From contig LVLI01000079.1 of assembly GCA_001687465.1 (NCBI GenBank), positions 1-64,000 of the forward strand: a stretch of DNA of 64,000 nucleotides. The letters are read 5' to 3'. The translations under genes were made by a program, and so were the position numbers. The stretch is from Halocafeteria seosinensis. Its lineage: Eukaryota. Positions within the stretch are counted from its first letter, which is position 1; each line of letters opens with the position of its first letter. Shown here in pieces: positions 10,963 to 22,230 of the stretch. Below the pieces are notes generated by a model, which ran no database searches, was not told the DNA's origin, and saw only the letters and a program-made list of their open reading frames with translations.

Positions 10963-13900
10963 ATGGAGAATAAACGGGATAGGTTGGATGAAGACCCCGT
11001 ATACAGGATCACCGCTGCCTATACATCGAAGCTGAGTCCGAACAAGGCTCCTAAAAAGCCTGAGGTTTCGCCGACTCACGGCCACCGTACGTCTTCAACG
11101 ACTGACAGTCACCAGTCAACTGCAGTGAGCAACGGGTACTCTAGGAGTCACGCTGAACATGCATCTCCAGTACACCGCAGGGTCTACGGAACTACCACAG
11201 CTCCTATCCATATCCCCGCGGAAAGCACTCGCACGGCCTCCTACCCCAACTACAGAAAATACCATTTGGCAAGTCCAGCTCGTCGTCGCACTGACGGCCC
11301 CAAAGCAAGATCTCCAACGAGGAGGAAATTTTACTCTTCGTCATCTTCGTCATCGGAAGACGAAAATTTACTTGAAACTCCGAGGCGCAAAAACCGCTTC
11401 ACCACGAGTGACATCAGCCAGAAGCAATCTGTAGTAGATTCTCCTGTGCTTCGTGCGGCATCTCCGACTCTGGTAGCGAGGTTAAGGAATCTCCAGAAGC
11501 GAAAAGAACGGCCTTTCTATGTTTTTGTAAAACGGAAGACGGTTCTTTACAATGATGATAGAATATACGCAGCCTATCCAGGAGATATAATCATGGTTAA
11601 GATCTTTCAAAGTAGTGGGTGCTTTGGCAAAATTTTGAAGGAGGGGGAAATCGCCCAGGGTGCTACTGAAGGCCAAGGATGGTTTAATCCTGCCACTGTC
11701 TCCGCTAGGCCAATCCAACGTCAGGCAACTGACGATACGCAAACCTCCTCGGTTTCACGTTCCCGAAGACAAGGACGTAGCGACGTTGCAGACTATCAGG
11801 AAGCTAAGAAAGAACGTAGCTCCACGGAAACAGCAACAAAGGTGCCTAGTCCGCCGTCCGCACAGAGCAACGTTGGATCACTTCAAGTGGGAAAAACAGT
11901 GTTTGCTGACTACTCGTTGAAGAACAACAATAGTGAATCCTCCCGCGAGCTTCCTTCGCCTCCGATAGTGCCTAAAAGGATGGACCATGAAAGTAGCTCG
12001 CGCCTCGATACACATTCCGCGACAGTGCGTGTCCGGGAACCCCACGCAGGAAAAGGTAACGAAACTTTGATGACAACTGAGTGGACCAGGCCATCGATTT
12101 TTACCAGCCCAACATCTGTGGCATCTGCCAACCCCGTACTCGAATCTCACGTCACCACGCCAACGGAGCAAAGCAAGATAACGGACGTATCAACAGAGGC
12201 GGCACCTAGTAATCACGACGACGATTCTGTAGAAGATCGACTATGGAAAGCGTTTGGAAGCTCCCCTCGTGTCTACTTAAAATACTCCCCAGATGCTCCT
12301 GCTGGATTGACCAACAAGAACGGGCAATCAAGAGAGCCGTTGCACGACCGCATAGGAGACCATACCAGTGATCCCTGCGCCGGAGAAACCAGTGTTGCAA
12401 ATTCTGAAATGGAAGACAAGATCCTGAGCAGTTCATGCGTTCGTCATCAAGACATGGCTAGTATGTCGGATCGGGAGACTTCCAATCGCTCTCAGTCATC
12501 GCCTGAAAACCTGAGGGGAAAAGAGTTTTTGTCGCGCGCACGACCACTCGAAAAAGGACCCAATGTTAAGTCAGAGCGGCTGGACGGAGGAACCAATGAC
12601 CGGCTGTTAAACCGAACACACGAGAATCGTACAGAATCTCACACAGGGGATGGCACGGGGCATCGTTTGTTGAAAACCGTGAAGGTCTCTCCGCAGGAAC
12701 TCTGGGAAGCTATCGGTATGAGGCCGGTAATGAAGTTAATCCATGGGCCGTTGTTTTTCAGGCGGTTGATTCTTAAAGCACTTTTTAGAAGGCGCGTTCT
12801 TCGACTTAAGACCCTGGGAATCTTCGGTATACTTCGAAGAGAGCGATTGTTTGAGCGGGTATCTGCAAGATTGGCCGCTGTTGGGATGTGTGTAACTTTC
12901 CACCGGATTCGCATTGCAAAACAATATTCCTCAAAGATTCTATGCGTTGGTATCTGCCTGCTAGCAAGCAAGTACAAGGTAAATTACGCAACTTTCTCCA
13001 ATATTGTCAAAGCAAGGCTTCATTACCTTAACTGTCTCACAGATAGTGGAGGATACGGGCGAATGGTCCCTGAACTCGTTAATGTCGCCGGCCGTCGACC
13101 ACAGCACTCGACGTAGAGCTCTAACCAAGGGTTTAGAACTCAAGGTAGGGATTCCAACAATGATAGAGTATGTAAGATTCGTCAGATGTTTCTTAATGTG
13201 AATCATGTTACGCAGAAAAAAGAGGAGGAAGAAGAAATGAAACGAATGGCAGCTACAGGACCAAAGCTGAAACCCCTGCATTGGGATGCTCTTACGGAGC
13301 AGAAAGTGACCGGAACAATGTGGGACCGGAACGCTCGGAAACCGTCTGAAGGTAGGCAAGCACCGCACATCAAGCGACGAACTAGTACGGTGGATGTCGG
13401 CGAAATGTTACCATCACTGGAGCAAGCTTTTGCAATGAATGCCCCTAAGAAACCTGCTCCAACGCAGAAAGCGAAGAAGACAGAGACCATTCGACTGCTA
13501 GATAGCAGAAAGGGCAGAAACGCCGCAATAGCTTTGAGGGGGTGCTTAGGCAAACGTCCACTGGAAGATGTTCGCAAGGCCCTGGAAGACCTGGACATAA
13601 ACAAACTAGGAGGCATCGACACAGCAGAAACATTGGCTGGCCTAGAGCTCTTCGATGACTCAGTTGCACACCAAGTTCGCCAATATTCAGGGAGCGAGTC
13701 GATGCTCGATTTGCCAGAAAAATTCATTCTACATGTTGTTTCGAGTGTTTCCCATGCTCGGAGTCGCCTGCGGACGATGGTATTTTTGTCTACCTACGAG
13801 GCGGTTGCCGAACAACTAGCAGAGCAATTAGGAAAACTGGAGTTTGCTTGCAGTGAAATACAGCAATCGAAGAGGTTGTCAACTTTATTGGCGGATGTAA

Positions 13901-14739
13901 TACTACCATTGGGAAATCGTCTTAATGAACGCTCCCAAAAGTCCCATGCTGCTGGACTTCGCCTGAGAAGTTTGGATAAGATCCTTAAAACAACGACACA
14001 GACTGGCGTGAGTTTCATTAGATTTGTTATCGAAGGGCTTATGGAAATGGATCGGACGAACCCTGGAATGGTTTCGAAGCTGCTCCAAGTCAATGACGAC
14101 TTTCCGGAGCTCCTGTCGGTCAACGGCTCGCAGTTTGAATGGGACACGTTATCATTATCACTTAGCAATCTGCGAGATGATCTCAATAGTGCTGAACGTC
14201 TGTATGAGAGTCTGCGGTCAGAGGCAGCGGCGGAGCAGCTATGTAGCGAGCTTGGTGAATACGTTGATCAAGCCAGGGATGTGATCGAAAACGTTGAGAG
14301 CGCGTTTCAGGAAGCGCAGAAATCTTTCATTCACACATGCCGTTACCTTGGAGAAGATCCCTCTAAGGCAACTATAGGTGGTGTATTTGGCTCGTTACAA
14401 CGATTCCTTCAATCCGTGCAAAGAGAATACGAGCGCGCTTCGACGCGCATGGAACAAGAAGAAAGCAAATTATCTAGTAGCTCAGGACCGAAGAAACCAC
14501 CGGGAAAGCCGCCCAAAATTGCTGATCCTGACAGCCACAAAGCTGAGCCTGCCGGCAAGAATCGCCGAGCTACTCTTGGAGGCACTGGAAAGGAGGAACC
14601 TAGTGCGAGCGAGAAAGCTGAAATGCTACATGATTTGAATGCGTTTTTCATGAATAAAAGTCAGAAGGGTGGTCATGGTACAAATGGCTCTTCAGAGCTT
14701 CGGGTACTTGATGAAGAAGAGGAAGAGGAGGACACATGA
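10963..14739 (+). CDS. Formin (FH2 domain) with a long disordered N-terminus and a possible SH3-like segment
   Basis: FH2 motifs PKLKPLHWD, GTMW, LLDSRKGRNAAIAL, PEKF, LGNRLN, GLRLRSL, YLGED. The two ORFs join in frame via putative phase-0 introns at ~12979-13042 and ~13145-13215. Confidence 0.82.
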
Positions 14740-15090
14740 CCTACAACGGCTACCACAGGGTGAATGCTCTTTGTATTAATGTTTGGTTCGTATACGATTG
14801 CCAGCTAGTGTATTTTGGAATTCTTAGCTGTTTATGAGAGCATCCCAGATAATAAACAACAGTCTACAATAGTGTGTGCGGACAGTCACCCTTGCGACTT
14901 CCTGTCGCTTAAGCCAGGAAGTTCAGTCAGACGGTGACTCAGACCCGTCCATTTCCGTTAGTTGCGACCGTGATGGCATGTCTGCGTGTCCCTCATGTTG
15001 GTCTATGGCTCACGGAAAGGAACGTTTGTTGCCTCCATGTATCTATCTAAATACGGCTGAACCCCCACCAGCCCCACTTACGTCAAGAAA

Positions 15091-16458
15091 ATGAAGAAAG
15101 CAGGTGGAAAAGGAAGACGGCGTTCCTCGTTGGCTCAGGCAGGAGATGCCGAAGCAATGTACGTATGATACACTACTAGCGCTTCTACGACAACCATGCT
15201 ACGCATGCAGCATGGTGTGGTAGCTAGTTTCCTCCTTGCTGTTGGGTAGTACATTTGACGCGAGTGTTTCCTATGGTTTGGTTGCGACAGCGATCCCAAC
15301 GCCTTCAAGATCCCAGTGCCTTTTTCATACCATAGGTAAGAGTACAGTCACAGAGATTCGTATGTATGTTTACCAATGCAAAACGGTTTTTAGTTTCCTA
15401 CAGTATCCATAAATTAGCATCGTGTGGGAACTTGCCGATGCTGAAACAACTCGTGGAGCATCCGGAAGCGTTGGCTGGAACAGCGACCACTCAGCAGCAA
15501 CAGTCGACCGAACAGAATCAAGCCGAAAAGTCAGAAACACCTCAAGAGGATGAATCCCAGCAAAAGGAATCGCAAGAGCAATCTACGGAGAACGGAATTG
15601 ATACTGCGGATAAAATGGGTATAACACCGTTGTTGTGGTCAGTTATGCACAAACACGAGGACTGTGCTCAATACTTGGTCCAGAATGGAGCAGATGTAAA
15701 TTGGGAATCGCCGAAAGGGGATCGACCTCTCCACTACGCCTGCGCTCAGGGGCAGCGGGAACTTGCGCGGTGTAAGTTTAGATCCATTATTCGTCCCCGC
15801 AGCACGCACGTGTGCCCATACATACGTTCATAAACTGTTCTTACAGTCTTGATTGATTCCGGAGCTGAAGTAGAAGCCACGAATTCTGGTGACAATACTC
15901 CCTTGCACACGTAAGTGCCATTGTTTCCCGTATTTTTATCCGACCATATGCACCCGGGTTCTCGCAGAGCTGCTTCCAAAGGGGCTATAAATTGTCTTGC
16001 TGAACTCTTCAAAGAACACATAAACATCAATGCGCAAAATTCCCAAGGGCACACACCACTGCATTGCGCTGCATTTAATGGACACTACGCCGCTGTGCAA
16101 TCTTTGTTGGAACAGAAGGCCAATCTCAGTACTGTGGATAAGCAGGGTAACACCGTACTGGTACGTCCTACATTTTGATTAGCCTCAATTGCGCCAGTGG
16201 CTGTGTACTGATTGCCTTATCTTGCGAGAAGCGCAGCATTTTGCGGCGGCCGCTGGTTTTCGAAGGATCTGTAGGAAACTAGGCGACAGTGGCGCTCCAG
16301 TCAATAAGAAGAATTACGATGGCCAGACGCCTAATGACCTTGCCAGAAATGCCAGAACGAAGAAGGCGATGCAGACATTGGCCGAGTACGAAGGCAAGAA
16401 GACTCCTGACACTCACGACATGATGGACTTGTTTGCGGATAGTGAAAACGAGTCATAA
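15091..16458 (+). CDS. Ankyrin-repeat protein, spliced
   Basis: Repeated GxTPLH-type motifs: GITPLLWSV, GDRPLHYAC, GDNTPLH, GHTPLHCAA, GQTPNDLA. GT-AG introns. The start codon is inferred. Confidence 0.85.
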
Positions 16459-16896
16459 TTTTGAGTGAACTTCCTTGCTTTGAGGTTCTGGATTGTCTTG
16501 TATGTAGTCACCGTGGTGATACTGAACTCGTCGACGTGTAAGGAGTACAAAGGACGTGTACAGTGTAACTCCAATCCGAGGGTGCGAGGTATCTGGAAGT
16601 TAGAAAGGGCATAGTAGCAGTGATTTTGGAATATCGAAATTGAGAATATGCTTAGAATAACACAAGCTAACAAGTACACCACTGTTTCCGACTAATTCCA
16701 ATGAAGTTGAAGTTCGCGGCTGCTTCCTTCACAGGAACCATTTAGCTAAGTAACTTAAGTACTCGCGCTCTTCCAGGGAGGTACTTTCAGCTGTAATATG
16801 ATACGTATTGTCCACGCTTTGTGTCCAACGGAAAGGAAACTTCTCTTCCGAGAACGGCTGTATCCTGGAATTACTGCATCTTCACAAGGCTGAAAT

Positions 16897-18187
16897 ATGT
16901 CATCTAAACGGTCATCTCCGACCAAGAAGGGAGCTGCAAAGCCCCAGGAGGAGGCGGATAAGGTTCCTGTAGCAGCTTCAGACGAAGAAGAGCAAAAAGC
17001 GCAACACACAGATGAGGCTGAGGCCGCAGAGAGCGAGAAAAAAGAGCAAAAGGAAGATGAGGAAGAGGATACCAGTGGGGCCAAGAAGCGTCTGAATCAC
17101 ATTATCAACAACTTCGATCGCTTCGAGCAGCGTATGAAGGCTAGCACCCGAGTAAGTCCTATTCAACGACCTCCATTTAGACGAATCGATTCGCAATGTT
17201 TTATACCACCGTCCGCTGTGCTTTTCGTACCAGAAACGACATGAGCAAGAGGAGCAAAAGTTAGATGAGTTAAGGAAAGAGATGAGGATTCTTGCCAAAA
17301 ATATTGATATTGAAACAGAAGAGAGGGAGAAAAATGCTCTCTCCGTACAAGAAGTAAGTTGCTGCAGTCGAAATCAAGTGGGCTTACCTGGAGGTAGCAA
17401 CGTATACTTCACTTTGGTGTTTCGCAGTGGGCCGAAACGGAACTGCGCAATGTAGAGCAACGCATGAAAGACTTGCTCTCAGAGCGCGACACAGCAGTTA
17501 TGGAACGAATAGATGACTTAAAGTCACAGTTAAATGCGGCAGAACAAAAGTAAGCAGCTGAAATACTCACCTATCGAACAGATGGGCCACCCCTTTGCTG
17601 GCTTCAGGTTACAAAAGGATAAAGAGGAAGTATTGAGGGAGATGGAAGAAAAGAATAAAGCGCTTGCTAAAGAACTTAAAGAGTTTAATGTAAGGAATGT
17701 TCCTCTTGCCGAGAAAATCTGATAGTGCATTGATGTTTTCTTGTACAGGATCAATTCCTGGCAGAAAGGGAAGACAGGTTACGGAGGGAAGAGGCGATAT
17801 CCAGGAGACAAGCAGAAATCGAACAGAGATCACACGACGCTCTGAATGAAGAACGAGTACGTTGTCTTACTTTTATAACGATGTAGTGTGCAAGGGATTC
17901 ATTGGTGTGCATTTAACTTCAAATTGCAGTCGACACGTGAACAGGAGTTTATGCGGATCAAGGAAGACATCGACGTAGCCGCGTCCAGCAGAGTGAAGGC
18001 TGACGAGCGATTCCAAAACGCAGTAACTGAAGAATTAGCGTCTCTTCGTAATGCCATCAGACACGAAGAAGAACAACGAGTCCAAGAGGATGATGAGATC
18101 CTAGATACTCTAAACAGATACGTACAGAAACTCCAGGCCTCGTTGCAGATAGTTAACTCTAGTGACACTGAGTTAATGCGAATGTGA
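16897..18187 (+). CDS. SF-assemblin / beta-giardin family striated-fibre protein, spliced
   Basis: Non-helical head followed by a segmented coiled coil ending in EEEQRVQEDDEILDTLNRYVQKLQASLQIVN, the characteristic SF-assemblin C-terminus. Confidence 0.85.
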
Positions 18188-18287
18188 ATAGATTGACGGA
18201 ACATGGGCGCGCGGCGTTGTAATGGTATCATCAATTCACCACATAAACCGTGCTAGACCTAAAGTAGGGACGAAATGGAACAACTAC

Positions 18288-21200
18288 CTATTGTCTATTC
18301 GAATTGTAGCTTCTTGCATCTCGAAGACGAGGTAGCTCTCCACCTTCAGAGGAAGAGCGCGAGTGGGGAAAGCTGCCGCGATCGTTGTACTCGCTCTCTA
18401 TAGTCGTTTGCAGAACTGTGGTATCTATCGTAGGCTCCTTAAAGGGTCCTAAACTTGCTTCGTTGCTGAAGAGGGTTTGTTGGTCCTTCAATGAAGCCCG
18501 CTTCACGAGACGGGAGGGCACTGGGATCTTTGAGCCATGGGTAACATGCTCCAGCAGATTTTCTGGCGAGGCACTAGAGGCCCGACCTCGGCTCGCTCTG
18601 CCAGAATGCTCATCGTGCTGAGGAAATTGCTTTCCTGTGGTTGAGGTCGTCGTGACTAGTGGAGATCGAGGTGGTTGTGATAAATTCCATGACGTGCTGG
18701 TTTGCTCCGCAGAATGCGGCATCTGACCGTCGAAACTAGTTGAATTTCTGTCCGAAGTTCCAGAGTCCGTACGTTCCCGGGCGTAGTTTGTATGGAAATT
18801 TTCCACTGCCTGCTCAACTGCTCTTTCAGTGTAAGACTCCAATGAGTTACCGTCGTCTTCGTTTTGTTCCGTAGTTAGGGAATTTTCTCCTGAGTCTTCA
18901 ATCTGCATAATTGAAACTTCATCTAAGGAATCTTCATCAATGGTCGGTTTTTTCGATACGCCAATTTTCGCAGACTGCACTCGCTTCTTGCGGGCGATAC
19001 CACTAGAACTTTGCGCATCAGCCATCGTGCCGTTTGCTGCTGCCTTCAGTTGGCTTCCGGTACTACGTGGACCGGCAGATGCAGCCCGGTTAGATTTCTT
19101 GACATTACTAGATTCCTCTACTTCTGCCTCCACTTCTACAGGCGTGAAATCAAAATCAGACATCACTTGAGCTGCCTTTGCGGTTTCCGGATTCTGAATA
19201 CCGATGGCTGTACCACCTCGTTGGTTTCCACGCTCTCTGATAGATAGATTTTCTTTGTTGTGATGAGTATTGGATATGATAGCACTCGCAGCCCTCCGAG
19301 ACACCTCATTCTTGCCTTGTGTGCTGCTTTGCTCCCTTTGTTGCCAAGCGGACTGTTCCCACTGTCCTCCACGGAATGACGGAGGCTTATTGTCTGCAGT
19401 AGAAGGACGAACAGGATACCCGAGTCCAGGACTAACATCGTTAGCCATAGCCAATATGTTAGAGGGTATCTGGGATACGAACGGGTGAAGCAGCAAACTG
19501 GTAACGTCAGGTCGATGCTCCGGCTCAGAACGGAAACACTGATTCAAGAAATCGCGAGCAGTGGGACTCAATTCCTCGGGAAACGGAGGAGATTGATTTT
19601 TGTAGGCAAGCTGGTATAGCGCTACCATAGGATTTCCGCAATCGGGCCATGGAGGACTTGCTGTAAGCATCTCGATCACGGTGCAAGCAACCGACCATAC
19701 GTCAGCCTTCTTCCAACCTTTTGCGGTCGTTTTGTCACTCCGAGCTACTTCGGGTGCCATCCATAAGGGTGTCCCTTTCATTCCTTGGGGACCGCTGCCA
19801 TTCAGGCTTGAAGCTGCGTCAACCACGGAAAGCTGACTAAGCCGTTTCGATGCACCGAAATCCGCCAGTTTCACTGTACCATTGTTACCAACAAGGACAT
19901 TGGCACCTTTTATATCTCTATGCGCTATCCCATTGCTGTGTAGATACTCTAGCCCTCGCAAAATTTGACGAGTGTATAAACGCACAACATCTTCCTCTAA
20001 AGGCCCAAAACGATTCAATAAGCGCTTCAAACTACCGCCGGGAACATACTCCAGAAAAATACAGAGACTGTCGGCTTTCCTTTCTGTTCCAATATACTGA
20101 ACTATATTCGAGTGTTGAAGATCCTTCAGCATTTCTATTTCATTTTCGAGCACCGCCAGCTCCTTGGCCGAAACCTCATCTATGCAGAGTTGCTTTACTG
20201 CCATCAACTGCCCGGTGTCAGTGCGCAAACCCAAATACACGGTACCGAACGCACCGGCGCCCAAGACTTCTCCACGCTGCCATCTAATGCCATCTCTTTG
20301 CTGGTGTTTCTGCGCTTCTTGGGAGAATACTGAAGCGGACGTTACATAAGCAGACTCATCGGAAACTATTGCTCCGTTGCTGGACTTTCCAGGAAGCGGG
20401 TTTAAGAGTTTGTGTCTATCATGGGTCGCCACTTGGGACGTAGTAACAACCGACGAAGTGCCCAATGAAGTCAGTGTCTCTGACGAGGCAAATGGTGTTG
20501 AGGACGACGGTCCCGAAAGTGGTGACGTACCATTTTGACTCGATATCGGTTCGAGCTGGGTAGCGGGTGTACTAGGTGTTGGGCCCATTAAGGCACTCGA
20601 AGCGTTCGGGGGAGCAGGTCGTTGTTCAATATAGGCAAGTACAGTTCCGCTTTGATGGCGAAGCAGTTCCTTTAAATCGTTCTCTGACGATAAAATTATC
20701 TTGTCACCATCTTCGTCTTCATACCGCAATGTCACCGGAAAGCCGTAGTCAGCATCAAGTCGTTGTTGGAGGCCTTCGAAAGACATACGTTCATCAATAA
20801 CTACGAGCCGCGTGTCATTTCCACGCTTGCATTTTAATCTAAGTGATTTTGCGGAAGCTGCTTCACGTTTCCTATATCTCGTCGTGCTACGACTGCGTCC
20901 CGAACCAGTCCTTGTATCTCCCGTATGCTTGCTGTCCAGCATTTCCTGCCGCTTCTTTTCGAGAATGTTGTTTTCAGACATTTCTCTGCCAAAAAGAGAT
21001 TTCCGTCCGACACAACGGCCTCTATCTTGCTTCTTGAGGCTTCCATCCTCTTTCCACTCCTTGCTTTTTTCTCTGTTGTGGCTACCTCTCATGGGAGAAA
21101 CCGCAGCCTTGTGGGCTTCTACCGTCAGCTCACAGTTGTTATCCTCTCCCAAATATCGAGAGGCCGTTCGTTGAATAGAGACAGAAGGTTGATGGAAAGC

Positions 21201-21539
21201 ACTCGCAGAAGAAGATGCTGTCTGAGTAACTTCAGTGGTGGTTGAACTGTTAGAAGTGGAAACTCTTGTCCCTGTACTACCGGCTTTGCTGCGCACATCA
21301 GTCTTGGACTTCGAGCGTTTGGTGAAGGGCACACCGCTTCCTCCACGATGAGATTGGGCTTTCCCATTTCCAGAGCTATGGAAGTGAGGNTGATGAGAAT
21401 TTTGTTCATGATGTTGTGGGGACACCCGCCAGTACTCGGTCGACGCTCCAAACGTCCCGACATCGTCCACGTTTGTTCTCCCATGCCCTGGATTATGCGC
21501 CTTCCTTTGGGGCGCTAATGTAGGCGGCAAATACGACAT
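18288..21539 (-). CDS. STE11-family MAP kinase kinase kinase with a PB1 domain (MEKK2/3-like architecture)
   Basis: PB1 acidic motif LRYEDEDGDKI. Kinase motifs WQRGEVLGAGAFGTV, MAVKQ, LEYVPGGS, HRDIKGAN, DFG, GTPLWMAPE. First ATG at 21539. One ambiguous base (n) at 21390. Confidence 0.93.
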   Translation of the reverse strand: MSYLPPTLAPQRKAHNPGHGRTNVDDVGTFGASTEYWRVSPQHHEQNSHXPHFHSSGNGKAQSHRGGSGVPFTKRSKSKTDVRSKAGSTGTRVSTSNSSTTTEVTQTASSSASAFHQPSVSIQRTASRYLGEDNNCELTVEAHKAAVSPMRGSHNREKSKEWKEDGSLKKQDRGRCVGRKSLFGREMSENNILEKKRQEMLDSKHTGDTRTGSGRSRSTTRYRKREAASAKSLRLKCKRGNDTRLVVIDERMSFEGLQQRLDADYGFPVTLRYEDEDGDKIILSSENDLKELLRHQSGTVLAYIEQRPAPPNASSALMGPTPSTPATQLEPISSQNGTSPLSGPSSSTPFASSETLTSLGTSSVVTTSQVATHDRHKLLNPLPGKSSNGAIVSDESAYVTSASVFSQEAQKHQQRDGIRWQRGEVLGAGAFGTVYLGLRTDTGQLMAVKQLCIDEVSAKELAVLENEIEMLKDLQHSNIVQYIGTERKADSLCIFLEYVPGGSLKRLLNRFGPLEEDVVRLYTRQILRGLEYLHSNGIAHRDIKGANVLVGNNGTVKLADFGASKRLSQLSVVDAASSLNGSGPQGMKGTPLWMAPEVARSDKTTAKGWKKADVWSVACTVIEMLTASPPWPDCGNPMVALYQLAYKNQSPPFPEELSPTARDFLNQCFRSEPEHRPDVTSLLLHPFVSQIPSNILAMANDVSPGLGYPVRPSTADNKPPSFRGGQWEQSAWQQREQSSTQGKNEVSRRAASAIISNTHHNKENLSIRERGNQRGGTAIGIQNPETAKAAQVMSDFDFTPVEVEAEVEESSNVKKSNRAASAGPRSTGSQLKAAANGTMADAQSSSGIARKKRVQSAKIGVSKKPTIDEDSLDEVSIMQIEDSGENSLTTEQNEDDGNSLESYTERAVEQAVENFHTNYARERTDSGTSDRNSTSFDGQMPHSAEQTSTSWNLSQPPRSPLVTTTSTTGKQFPQHDEHSGRASRGRASSASPENLLEHVTHGSKIPVPSRLVKRASLKDQQTLFSNEASLGPFKEPTIDTTVLQTTIESEYNDRGSFPHSRSSSEGGELPRLRDARSYNSNRQ

Positions 21540-22230
21540 GTTAAGCCACGGGTACACAAGCGTCAAAGTGCGCAAATCTGAGCTCCTTGTGGCTCTATAC
21601 CGTCCCTAATGTTCAATAAACGCTTGCGAATCTTGTACGGACCAGTCGTTGAAGCATTTCGAACCGAGCCCGAGAAACAAGGTCTCCTGTGTCAATTCTC
21701 CACGCTCCACAAATATATATATGTAGTTCCGCTCCTTGAATATACTAGACTCTATGTTCCTTCGCTTCCCTTCTATCGTATGTTCGTCTGACAAAGACCT
21801 ATAATATCTCCTCCGAAGAAAACGGGGGCCAGAAAAAAAGCACACGAATGACTCACACCACGCGTTCCCCGTCCAGATCAATTCGCAGATACGGTACGCT
21901 CTGTCAGTCGTCCGAAATACAGCCGAGAAGAGCCCTGTGAACTCGATTTACACTCCTTGGAATACCTACTGGGGCACTTCCTCTTCAAAAAAAAGTCCTT
22001 AAGCTTCAAGAAGGTCGCGTCCGGGCCACCGGCCCGGAATTTGTCCGTCTTCAACCAGACAATCTTTTCGCGCACCTGATTGCAGCATATCATGCTGCAT
22101 ATGCAGTAGCATCAGATCTGAGTATCTCTGTCTGTTGTTCCCCTGAAACGTGGATACGTATTTGGGTTGACGGTACCTACCGAGGCGAATTTACAGCAGT
22201 CGGAATTGAACTCATTCCTACTCTGCAAGG

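Noticed and set aside
14895..14950. TPP-riboswitch-like words on the minus strand (ctgag..accgt..tgaactt..ctgg..gcga.agga)
   Set aside because: Lacks the UGAGA and GAU motifs and the P5 pairing, is antisense to both neighbours, and no thiamine gene is nearby.
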